This document shows, one piece after another, positions 13,642 to 58,886 of a stretch of DNA of 64,000 bases. Made by a program: the position numbers and the translations under genes. Every line of letters starts with the position of its first letter. Position 1 is the first letter of the stretch. Below the pieces are notes generated by a model. It did not search any database and had not been told where the DNA came from. It saw nothing but the letters and a program-made list of their open reading frames with translations. The DNA comes from Hormiphora californensis (Eukaryota > Animalia > Ctenophora): NCBI GenBank assembly GCA_020137815.1, contig CM035356.1:7192001-7256000 (forward strand), written 5' to 3'.

Positions 13642-15491
13642 TTTTTTTTTCCCCCCCCCCCCCCCCCCCCCCCCTTTTTTAAAAAAAAAAAAAGGGGGGG
13701 GGGGTGCCCCAAAGGGGGGGGGGGCCCCCCCCCCCCCAAAAAAAAAAAAAAAAAAAAAGGGAAAAAAAAAAAAAAAAAAAAAAACCCCCCCCCCCCCCCC
13801 CCCCCCCCGGGGGGGGGGGGGGGGCCCCCCCCCCAAAGGAGAAAAAAGCCAAGGGGGAAAAGGGGGGGAAACAAAAAAGGGGGGGGGGAAAAAAACCCCC
13901 CCCCCCCTTTTTTTCTTCCCCCTTTTTTTTTTTTTTTTTTTTTCTAAAAAGGAAAACCGGGGGAGGAGGGGGGAGAGGACCGGGAGCGAGAGAGAAAAAA
14001 AAGAAACGGGAAAAAGGATGAGGGGAGAGGAGAGAAGAGGAAAAGGGGAGAGAGCGCGAGGATAGTGGAGGGGAGCGAGAACAGAGGGGAGGACGCGGAG
14101 GAGGAGCAACAGAGGGAGGAGAGAGAGAGGAGAGAAAGACGGAGGGAGGAGAGGCAGACAGAGAGAGAGGCGAGAGAGAGATCAACGGGAGCGAGAAACA
14201 AAAAAAGGGGGAGAGACCCGAGAGAGAACCAAGGACGACTCGCCGGCGCCCTGCAAATAGGGCGGCAGTCTGGTCCAATGCTCTCTCACCTCTTGAGCCT
14301 TGAGCGTCGCTGGCGCCGCAGCCCCCGCGGGCCCTCGCTCCCCACTCTCCCTCGCCGCTCGCTCTCGTCTCTCCTCTTCTCTCTCGCTCCTCTCTCCTCT
14401 CTCGCTCTTCTCCCTCTTCTCCCCTCTCTTCTCTCCCCCCCTTTCCTCTCTCTCTCCTCTCTCTTCTCTCTCTCTCTCCTCTCTCCCTCGCCTAGCTAAA
14501 CTCGTCTACAATAGTGCCTAACATTGACACAATTTGATTGCCACATGTATAACAATGCAGACAATGGAGGAGCAGGTGTGTCCTAAACCATCTGGTGTGT
14601 GCTTGTAGACAGAGTGTGTTTTGTAAGGGCTACCACACGACAATTAGAATTGTGGTAGGTATTATGAAACTAAAAGATTAGAAAGCACGATAAAATTTGA
14701 GTAATCTACGGAAATTGGAAAAGTAGTTACCTACTTATATAATTTTCGTGCTTTGCTGTCATCTTGGCAGAGATGTAAACTTAATGGAAATTGGGATAGT
14801 GATACTTCCACCAAGATATATCCTCCCGATTCCCACTCTCCCATGCCTTCCCCTACTTCTCCTAATTATCCCTCCCTACTTCTCCTAATTCTCCCTCCCT
14901 ATTCCCCCACCCCTCCCCTCCCTACTTCTCCTAACTCTCCCTCCCTATTTCAGTTGCTACAACACGGCCCCTGGCTCTGTCTCTGTACTCCGCTCAATCC
15001 ACGGCTATGTTGATTCCTTCTTCACATGCTCCTACTGCCGGGAACACTTCCTGACTATGGCTGAGAGAATGAAACTCCTTCAAATCACCGATGACAGAAC
15101 AGCGATACTTGCCTTCTGGGAGGCCCATAACGTTGTCAACAAGCGGCTCAGTGTTGTAGAACATGATCCTTACTTCCCTAAAGTTCAGTTCCCGCCCCCG
15201 TCCATCTGTGAGGGTTGTGTGGATGCCACAGGGAGGTTTGACACGGCTGCTATATTTGACTTCCTGAACAAACACTATCGCCGTGTCCTCACACCGTACG
15301 GTCGACTAAGGTACGTTGATGGCGTGTTGGAAGAGAAGGGAGCAGTAAAGTATGACTTTAGAGGGAGTGACTCTGATAGTTTAAGTAGCGCACGGGTGAT
15401 GTGTGTTATTATTTTTATGTTAGTTTGTGTCTTTATGGTTGTTTGTAAGCAACGTCTTAAGCTGGTTAGTGTACTATTTAGACGCTTTTAA
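7316..15491 (+). CDS. QSOX: Quiescin sulfhydryl oxidase (Trx1-Trx2-HRR-Erv, signal peptide, C-terminal TM helix); internal exon(s) missing or corrupted at ~13190-14500
   Basis: Phase-consistent GT-AG exons: 7316-7524 (signal peptide, WCGHC), 7967-8091 (VDC...GYPT), 8345-8430, 8541-8660 ([11 protein letters not shown]), 9612-9735 (GQEIMLDL), 9952-10079, 10203-10289 (DMQSAI), 11714-11827, then a gap, then 14954-15491 ([42 protein letters not shown] helix, stop). Confidence 0.92.
10801..11110 (+). mobile_element. Non-autonomous Helitron (~310 bp) in a QSOX intron
   Basis: A|TCTCTATTATAA 5' end; 3' hairpin GCGCACCCAATGGGTGCGC followed by CTAG|T; no TSD; homologous copies at 58419-58723 and 59010-59634. 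Confidence 0.85.
11929..12814. mobile_element. Nested Helitron cluster: minus-strand head-to-tail pair (12814-12636 and 12635-11929) with a plus-strand copy (12142-12587) inserted
   Basis: Each unit starts with TCCTTAT(TAT)AA and ends in CTAG; outer A|T sites preserved; CTAG|TC junction at 12636/12635; 5' ends resemble the 10801 Helitron. Confidence 0.65.
13200..14000. other. Homopolymer-degraded sequence, probable sequencing or assembly artefact
   Basis: Almost only A/C/G/T runs; starts as a garbled third copy of ccag|GTTAAAAAGGCGCTGAAACCTCGAG; lies where the N-terminal Erv exon(s) of QSOX are expected. Confidence 0.75.
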
Positions 15492-18400
15492 CAGTTTGTG
15501 TACGTGTGTGTGGATTTTAAAGTTGGATATTTTGAATTTTTCACCCCTCCCTTCTCGTTTTTTTGTTCGCCTATCACATGTTAACGTGTGGTGTGTGCGT
15601 CAAAAAGTAAGAAATATACAAGTTTATGGTGACAACTTCAAAAAATCCGACTGCTGTGTGTTTTTATTTCTCATTTTAGCTCTCACTTTTCAGAATCATG
15701 GGTCGGTCAGACAGAGGAAAAAGGTATATCATGTAACCAAATAAAAACTGAGTGTGACTGCAGTGGGCGAGTGTGTATTATATATGTGTGTGTGAGACGT
15801 GTGGGACAGATGTCTGTGCGTGATTCTATGTTCGTATTAAATTTTGTTGGGATTTTTTTTGATTGTGTAAATACTAATTCTCTCATACCTCATTCTTCGC
15901 ACCACATGTGAATTATGTTTCGATCTATTCATCTTCACCGCAAAAAAATTGACGTGTATTTTTCTTTGTTCAATTTATGACACGCAACAGCAAATCGCTA
16001 CTCCCCGATTTTCAGAGAATCAATGTCCGACTGGTCGGATTCAAGCAGATCTTGAAACCTTGGCGTAGGGCGCGGTGACAGACGCACAGATAACTATGCG
16101 CAATCTAGCGGCGCGCGCGGCCCAGAGCCCGATAAATTGACAGCTGGTTTAGTTGACAGGACGTTACGTCGCCTTTGTCTGAATCTTTGAATTGTTTATT
16201 GTGTCACACAGTGTCAAATAACGCAGACCCTTCTTTGATTTCACTCAACAAATGATTCGAGAGTTAACTAGACAAGTTGCGACGTCCCAGAATTGAAATT
16301 CTGTTCTGCAGTGGAGACTTGTCTCACTAAACACCGTCAACCGGACGCGACACAGGGCACAGGACACAGTAACACTAACAATCATGCAGATTGCAGCATG
16401 ACAAGTGGAGACCTCTGTCACTGTCAGAGCATCTGAATGGGAGACCTGCTATTGTTGTAGCATCTAGCTCTTAAAAGGGTAGACGATTTGCTGTTGCGTG
16501 TATTCATATTGTATGTTCTTGTGGTCCACCACCGCACCCCAGAAGGTTGCTGTGGTGAGAAAATAACAAAGACAGACGAGGCTTCTAAAGTAGTGAAATA
16601 AAATCATCATAATTACAATCGACTGTCCAACTATTGGCCATACAAAGCCTATACATTAACTTCCTGCCCTGGATTTTTTAGAACCTTTTAGTAATATCGA
16701 GCTGCTATATGCAAACTGGAACCTGGTACCAGTTTCCAGATCACGAGTTGAAATATTGGATAACGAGGGTGTGTAGTTCAATTCCTTGATAGAGAATGTT
16801 GAATACTACTGCCAGCACGATGTACAACACTATCAGTATGATCTGAAATGGAATTCGGATGATAATACATGATACAACATCTAGAAATTGAAGGGCCAGG
16901 GGCAACAAAACATGTCTAAAGGGGTGATAAAATAATCGTTAAATTGTCTGGCTGTCATGGAAGTTTTCACATTTCAGCACCCAGGGAAAAGAGCTTAGTG
17001 AGAGAAGATGTTGCCACAATACCTGTATTTTGTCCCATTTTTCACATGGACACTTACGTCTTACAAGAGAGTCTGAAAAGACTCAATTATTATTGTTTGT
17101 ACCTGGTTCCGAATGGTCTCGAAACATCTGCTAAGTAGGTGTTCCCCTGCCTCCTCAGCACTCTGTCTATCATTCCGAGACCCCTGTCGGATAGCTACTA
17201 CCATGGTACTGCTGCAGTAGGTTACATTGGAGCAGCTACAGTTGAATATACATGTCATTAGATCCGAGGGAGAGGGTTGGTAGAATTTTCAACAGGAGGG
17301 AGAGAATCTGTTGAGCACAAATTGGGAATGGGAAGAGAGGGCTTAGTCACTTTGCATCTGCAAGTGCATCTGTCTGGCGGCGCCAGACAGAAGTGCATCA
17401 AAAAAGTTTAATGATAATAAACAAAACTAATATTTACAAAGCGGTACTTAGGTAATACAAGAATGCAAAACTTTGTCTGAATTTAACCTTGTAACCTTTT
17501 TTCTCTTTGTTTTCCGGCTCTCGGGTTCCCGATAGAGCACTGTTAGTGGAACGTGATCTATTCCTGTGTCTGAATTTAACCATATAGGTACAAAAAATGT
17601 CAAGGATTTCAGAATCTATCAGACCAGGGACCCCACGGCTGTCATGTCAAAAAAAACAAAACGGCCCAACAGATCGCATTGGCGCCGTCATGCCAGAACT
17701 GAGCTGGGTGACATAATTACACAAAATAAACGGCAGCTCCAGATGTGAAAATGGCGAATGAGCATCATTATGGCTGTAATAACACATGAGTTACACACAA
17801 ATATTATATGAGTAATTTCTTTCTCTCACTCTCCGTTTTGGAATATGAAAATTGAAAAATATATTAGCTGATCGGCGTTGAAATTGAAAGTTGAAGGTCA
17901 AGTTTCACTTTCAAGTTTCCACCTCCTTTCTTAAAAGGTTTTTTGTTTCTTAGTTTTTAAAGCTTCCAGAAGGAAAATATAGAATTGAGAAGTCTTCAGA
18001 AATTTTAGATTTCCTGTTTCATATTGTAACTGGTGTTGAGTAGATACTTAGTACCGTACTAATAGTACTACTATAAGAACAAAGCAAGACACGCTAAAGA
18101 CAAAGCAAGACACGCTAAAGACATGACACGATTTAGCACGATGCCTGACACGGTCAATGACCCTCATCAGTCCTCTCACGACTTGAGCGAATAGTCACCG
18201 CGAGAAAGTGTCAGCGGCCAAGTTGGCAATGTAAGGCCTGACAGCTAAAGGACTATATATAGTAAAATAAGTCATAAGAGTAACATAGAAACGGGGAGGT
18301 TCTCCTACAGAAATAACGAAGATCGACTATCATAACTGGGAACACGAATACATTGAGGGGATGCGGTCGGAAGTCAGAAATAGAACACACGAGGTAAGCA

Positions 18401-19477
18401 ATAGCGATGAGAGCCTATGAAAGAGGAAGAAGATGAAGGAATATGACGGAAGGAGGTGGGAGTTTATGTCCCCCCGCACTACAACGCTCCTTTCTCTTCT
18501 CCCTCAAGATATCCTTCGAATGCCCGAGAGAGTCTCTGGACGCTCTCTGAGAAAAAGAATGGTCCTCAATATCTCTCATCTACTCTCTCTCGATCCTCTC
18601 TCTGCTAGTACTAAGATGCCCTCTCTCTCTCTTCCAATCTCCCTTCTTCTCCCATCTCTCTCGTCCTCACTCATCTAGTCCTCTCTATGGTAGAGCTGAG
18701 CAATGGTTCTACTCGCTACCATTTCTCGTAGTATCTGAGGGAGAGAGGAGAGGAAGGAAGGATATAGGGGGTAGTTGTATAACAAGGGCGCCTATCATAC
18801 AAGAAAGGAGCTATAAGAGGTATCAGTAAGAAAAAGTGTGAATCATCAAAATCATTTAGCAATTAGCATAACATTGATTTTAGAGCTGAGAGGGACAGGA
18901 TCAGGAGTCGTATAACAAGGGCGCCTATCATACATGTACAAGAAAGGAGCTGCAGGGTAGGGAGATCGGACATATAGTCGAGTAATAAAAGTGTGACTCC
19001 AGACTCATCATAGCAGAAATTAATTTGAATAATTACACGGCACGACCGTCGACCGTCCTTGGTTAGCTCGTCCTATTGTACATGTTCTCTTCTGTGCTTG
19101 CAGGGGGTCAATCAAAACAAAGGCGGGGCGGAGTGGGGGAACAGTTGCCTCAAGAGAGTGCCTCATGTTTGGAGCTCTATATAATATGAAGCAGCATGAT
19201 CCTTATACGGATACCAATTCACAGCTTAGTGAGTTATCCAGTATACATGTATCATGCATGGCAATGATTAAAGTGAAGGGTTATTCCGCAGTCTCTCTTT
19301 GCTAGTTGAAAGACGAGTGAAGCGAGTATCTGAGGGAGATTTTTTACTAATAATACAACATGTATGTGGGATGTACACGCTGGGCTAAAAAGGAGGAATG
19401 AGGGATATGAGGATAGAGGATATTAGTCCAGGCTCAGAAAAGAAAGAGAGGAGAAGAGAGAGATAGGAGGAGAGAGA

Positions 19478-19518
<41 letters not shown>

Positions 19519-19522
19519 GAGA

Positions 19523-19558
<36 letters not shown>

Positions 19559-19964
19559 ATATTCTTTCTCTGGAGAGCATGTGGGGAGGGGGCGAGTCCC
19601 AACTATAATCACGGATAGCTCATTCATTAAACATCGCCTACAGCTTATCGGACCACCTTCGATTGATGATGTATCTCTGCTCTCTTTCTTCCCCCACTCC
19701 GTGTCTGGACAGAGTGAGAAATTAATAAATTGAGTGAGGCAGATAAGGCTGAAGCTTGTTTAACTCAACTAGTTGAAGCACAAGGGGAGACCCGGCCGGA
19801 GAGAACAAAGGTACATGGAGAAATATAGAAAGAGTATAACAAGTCGTCTACACACTGTGTGAATAGCAGCTCATGCGGGTCTCACAGCACTGGCCCCACA
19901 CAACAATGGGAAGAGTCCAAATACGTGTACTATACACATGTAAAGACAATGGGCCCAGGTATCA

Positions 19965-19967
19965 GTT

Positions 19968-20003
<36 letters not shown>

Positions 20004-20132
20004 TCTCTCGCCTTCCTCTCTCTCTCTCGCTCTCCTCTCTCTCTCTCTCTTCCTCTCTTTCATTCTCTCTTTATCTCTCTATCTCTCTCTGGTATTCTCT
20101 CTCTGTATCTCTTCCCTCTCTCTCTCTCTTTC

Positions 20133-20166
<34 letters not shown>

Positions 20167-20437
20167 CTTGCCTCTCTGTCTCTCTCGCTCTCTCTCTCTT
20201 ACTCTCTTTCTCTCTCTCTACTCTCTCTCTCTCTTCTGTATCTCTCTCTGTTTTTTTTTTTTTTTCTATCTCTCTCTCTCCTCTCTCCTTTCTCGCTTCC
20301 TCTCTTTCTCTCTCTCTCCTCCTCTCTCTCCCTCGCTATTTTTTTTTTTTTCTCTCCCTCTTCTGTCTCTCTATACCTCTCTCTCTCTCTATCTCTGTCT
20401 CTCTCTCTCTCTCTCTGCTCTCTCTCTCTCTCTCTCG

Positions 20438-20470
<33 letters not shown>

Positions 20471-20510
20471 TCTCTCTCTCTCTCTCTCTCTCTCAGCTCT
20501 TTCTCTCTCT
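19965..20510. repeat. Long imperfect (CT)n microsatellite, representative of many GA/CT tracts (e.g. 11471-11560, 30940-31050, 40185-40272, 41862-42050, 51823-51970, 55514-55681)
   Basis: Seen directly; these tracts generate the spurious SLSL/RERE ORFs. Confidence 0.95.
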
Positions 20511-21884
20511 GTGTGAGTGTGTTTGTCATTTGTGTTTACGATAAGGACAGGTGTGTGAGTGTCAAGTCAAGGGTCACCAGGTCATTTGGAATGCAAAGGT
20601 CCTGATATTAATATCATCGAAGGCCGGAGATCAATGACGAATTGAGCACAGGTGTGTTGGGTATGGGAGATATCTTGGAATATTCAGAACGGTATGTTCA
20701 AGTTCAGGTAAATATTTGTTGCTCGATCTGTGTATATTATTGAAGTCACTGATTCATTCAGTTTTGCTTACAGGTTGGGCGATCATGTCATGTCTCATGA
20801 TCACTCAACCGTTAAGGCAAAACTGTACTGGCGCCGCGACCCCCATTTGAATTATTAAGTCTGGCCCCCACGCCGCCAGACAGAGCAAACTGAATGACGG
20901 GGGCGCCGACCCATCTGAGCGCATGGAGAATCTAGAAATATCTCATATTCCCAACTCTTCTTTCACCACCTCCCCCTTTAACAAGAGCTATTACTTTTTT
21001 TTTACCTTCTCCCCCCCCTACAACCCGCACCTGCTTTTTTTCCCCCCTACCTCCCCCCCTTCCATTTATTACTTTTTTTTCTCTTCACTTTGCCCCCCCT
21101 TGCCCCCGTTCTCCCCCCCCTTCACCATCTCCTTCCGTCCTTCACTCTCCGCCTTAAGGCGCTTCTTCCGCCACCACTCCCTCTCCTCTCCTCTCTCCCC
21201 TCACCTTCCATACCATTATCCTCTCCCCTAATCATCCTTCCCCGCGCCTCTCATGTTCTGCCTGTCTGCCACTATGAAATGTGAATTTTTTAAGAACCGA
21301 TCTGGCTATCTGGAACGTCACACACGATATTTTGCCATCGAGTGTGGGTCCATCAAACCCCGGATGTCTAATTATTATCGGAAGTGAGGGAGAGAGAAAC
21401 AAATTAAAACTGAGACAATTTTGGGTTTTTGTACAAAAATGTGTTCAAGTTACGAAATAAACAAGACCAAGTATTGTAACAAGTCACAACATAGCCTCAC
21501 TCATTCTATCCTCAAAATATTGTCTGTTCCAAATCATTTCTTTCTCGTGCAAACAAATCATATCAAACGGTCTTCCAGTCACCCCCAACTAAACTTGAAA
21601 AACATTAATCCCGCTTCAAAGGGTCCAAGAACAATAAATTCCTGTACATTCGAGATGCCAATTTTAGTTAAAAGTTTAAAAGTCCGTATTACAAACTTGA
21701 AGATTTAAAGATGTAGTAATAGCAACTAAAGTGAGTTGAAAAAAGCTAAATGATTAAGTATAAACATTCCTATGAGATTGTTAGCTCTGTGTCACACAAC
21801 ATATCATTTTGACACAGACCAGTGTCCGACATTATACACTAATTAGTGTTAATTAATTAGTGTTAATTATACACTAATACATTC

Positions 21885-55247
<33,363 letters not shown>

Positions 55248-55535
55248 CGTAGGATAGGGGTAGTAGTAGCGGGATTGCTAACAACACGAAGATAGAGGCT
55301 CTTATTGCAGGATTGATTGTAGGAGAGGCCTTTGAATAATATAACGCTCTGCTGCTGCCGAGTTGAACAATTTTTGCGGGGAATTAAGCGAAAATGAAGC
55401 GCATTGAGAAAAGAGCTGTAGAGATTGAGTTGTAGTGCTATTAAACGAACCACGTGTACCACCACTACAGAGAGGATGGAGAGAGAGATTGTGTGAGAAA
55501 GTTAGTAGAGTATAGAGAGAGAGAGAGAGAGAGGG

Positions 55536-55676
<141 letters not shown>

Positions 55677-56048
55677 GAGAGAAAAAAGAAGACTCGAAAT
55701 TAAGATGCTCTATCATTAAATCGACCTCGTTAGTGGACAAGAGGACTAGTCGTAATAGGAATGCTCTCTCCCCTCTCTCTATCTTTCTATCTTTCTATCT
55801 CTGATCTCTCTTCCTCGAGCCAAGGAACTGCGGGTGGATATATGGTGGAAATGAGAGCCGAGGAATCACCGCGTAGCTTTATAATGTTCCTGAGCCACAA
55901 TGTAGCGTACCGCTTAGTATAATATTATACTACCATATTGTACCATAATACTTCTTCCTCGTAGAGACTGTATCATATTCCATTTTGTAGATTGTACGGT
56001 GTAATGAATCGGGTACTACAATCGCATTTTGAATTGCGTTTTATGGGA

Positions 56049-56987
56049 TAGTAGAGGCAATAATTACAGTCACCTCCTCTGATTTCTATGAAACTTCTCC
56101 CATGCTAAGAGGTGGCAATAGAGGTTCAAATACCGTAGAGTTTAAGTCTGAACAATGTTTGGTTCGTTAATTATCGCTAATTGAAAAACGCTAAAATGGC
56201 CTAAAATCGCCCTAAGTTCCGAATTGAAATTTTGGAGTTGAGACTCCAGACTTCGTAGAGATGTCCGCTAGGATGACAATATGCACCAAAATCGGACGGA
56301 AGCCTAAATTCGTCCGAATTCGGTACGAAAAGCCGGGTAGACTGATTTTTGGTCACGTGACATGGGTCCAAAATCAGTTTTTTGCCATTTACGCCTTACC
56401 TGTACGTCGGAGACAAAAAATATGGCCAATACTTGTCATTTCCATCGCTTTTTGCATCTTTTAAGCCCCCTATAAATATCCCTTACTTCAACGGTTCAGA
56501 AGTGACGTCATTTAGTCTCCTGAAAAACTCTAACTTCTGAACCGTTGAAGTAAGGGATATTTATAGGGGGCTTAAAAGATGCAGAAAGCGATGGAAATGA
56601 CAAGTATTGGCCATATTTTTTGTCTCCGACGTACAGGAAAGGCGTAAATGGCAAAAAACTGTTTTTGGACCCATGTCACGTGACCAAAAATCAGTCTACC
56701 CGGCTTTTCGTACCGAATTCGGACGAATTTAGGCTTCCGTCCGATTTTGGTGCATATTGTCATCCTAGCGGACATCTCTACGAAGTCTGGAGTCTCAACT
56801 CCAAAATTTCAATTCGGAACTTAGGGCGATTTTAGGCCATTTTAGCGTTTTTCAATTAGCGATAATTAACGAACCGAACATTGTTCAGACTTAAACTCTG
56901 CGGTATTTGAACCTCTATTGCCACCTCTTAGCATGGGAGAAGTTTCATAGAAATCAGAGGAGGTGACTGTAATTATTGCCTCTACTA
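56049..56987. mobile_element. Foldback non-autonomous DNA transposon (TAG...CTA ends with 3-bp GGA direct repeats, Academ-like; alternatively TA-flanked)
   Basis: 455-bp inverted arms (56049-56503 and 56533-56987) with a few mismatches; 29-bp spacer; GGA at 56046-56048 and 56988-56990. Confidence 0.8.
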
Positions 56988-57690
56988 GGAGCATTAGTGG
57001 TTAATGTGGTACAATGATGTACTCTGCAGTGTGACCCTGCAAAATGTCAATGGTAAAGGGTGGGGGACGCTGGGAAGAGAGGATGGACAAGACGTGTGTT
57101 GTATAGAGGGCCGGGGACAGGGAATAATCGGGGATTGCTTGTCTGGGAAAACAAGTAAATATCGAATTTACAAAGATATATCAAAGCTATAACAAAGATA
57201 CAATATCGAATCTTTAACAAAGCTTCAAAGATACAGGCGATCAATAGATTGGGTGTGTGTGTCGGTAGATCAGCTAAAAATATCTCCTACTAATTTCCAG
57301 CAGCTCTATACAATATATCTATAGCTATCTGTGGTAGCTCTATACAATAGATATATCATCTTCTCTCTGGCAATACACACACACACACAAGTCACTTTAC
57401 TAATACAATGCAAAGACACGCAATGCGATCTAGACAACATGGGGAAGAGAGGGAGAGAGAAGTTTGGGGATGAGAAAGGTATACACAGAGACACAGTACA
57501 CAAAACTAATTTTTCAACCCAACACACACACTCCCTATAGTAGTGTAGAGCAGCAGAAAGCTAGAAGCAGCATAAAACACTGCAGTCTGTCAACACTATT
57601 AATAAACGACAGGGAGGGAAGGCCAATAGGAAAGCCGTCCTAGCTACCACGTGGGAGGCACACATTTTTCTACTTTTTTCTCCGTTTCCA

Positions 57691-57793
<103 letters not shown>

Positions 57794-57912
57794 ATATTAC
57801 CCTATCATTCTCTCTATCCTTTTTCTCCAAGTGTGATTGTGAGTTGCAGAAAAATATTGCTTTCACGCAGGCGGGCACTGTTCACGTGACTTAAGCGTTG
57901 GTGCCTGGAAAT

Positions 57913-57971
<59 letters not shown>

Positions 57972-58418
57972 AGTATCCTACTTACTTACCCGGCCCTTCT
58001 CCTAACTTTTACCATTCATTATTGAGCGATGGACAAAAGCGAAAGCATTCTAGAACCTGGCAAGATAAGTTAGGGTTAGTTATTGGAACACATTTTATAA
58101 GATAAACATTAGTTATTAAGATTTAGAGACCAGAGTAAAAGTAAATCATACAAAAACTGTAAAATGATAATTAAAAAAAGCTGTAAAAAAAGCTGTAAAA
58201 AGCTGTAAAAACCCAGATCTATAAACATATCATATCACTAAAAACATAAATCTATATTATAATTTTTGGAAAAACAATTAAAAATATATACACAATGGTA
58301 TTTACAATGGCAATTTACAATTTTATATTATTAAAAGCATAGGTAAAATCCTCAACATTATAATCTTTCATTGTCCTGCTGTTTCTTGACCCACGTATAC
58401 ATAAAAGGCTCAATTTTA

Positions 58419-58723
58419 ATATTATAATTTGGAGATGTCGCGTCGAAGTGGCCGTTCGTTCAGTGCGTTTCTAAGCGACAGTGCTCCTTCATAAAACACT
58501 TCATATGACGAAAGCTGTAAAGCTGTTATTCACCCTTTCTGAAGTTACAGTGGAAGTTTCTTAATATTTCGAATGACTTTTAACAGGCCAGTCCCCATAG
58601 TTACCAATTCAGTTGCCATGGCAACCGTGTTATTGACGTTGAAAGGGCGAAAAGAACCACCCGGCAAAGCCGGGTGGGTAATCAAAAAGCCCTTACTTGA
58701 GGCGCACCCAATGGGTGCGCTAG
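58419..58723 (+). mobile_element. Non-autonomous Helitron copy (5' TC eroded)
   Basis: Homologous to 10801-11110; ends in the hairpin followed by CTAG|T. Confidence 0.8.
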
Positions 58724-58886
58724 TTCAATATAAAGGTATAAAAAGCAAGCAAAGGTATAAAAAGCAAGCAATAATAAAACGTGCAGTATAGAGATTACCA
58801 AAAGTCTTGGAGTCTATAATGGATTATAGGAGGCCGTGGACAGTTTGCAGTATGTGCATCAAACTCCCCGATTGATAAACATCAAT

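Noticed and set aside
13191-14499. Long Gly/Pro/Phe/Lys ORFs
   Set aside because: Translations of homopolymer runs; probably low-quality sequence.
16735-17260. Possible small minus-strand multi-exon gene (hydrophobic IILIVLYIVLAVVF segment, micro-exon-like splice sites)
   Set aside because: Could not build a consistent, recognisable reading frame.
18050-19350. Possible decayed retroelement with a local duplication (GTATAACAAGGGCGCCTATCATAC twice)
   Set aside because: No RT, integrase or terminal signatures that I could verify.
19859-20605. SLSL/RERE ORFs here and throughout the window
   Set aside because: Translations of CT/GA microsatellites.
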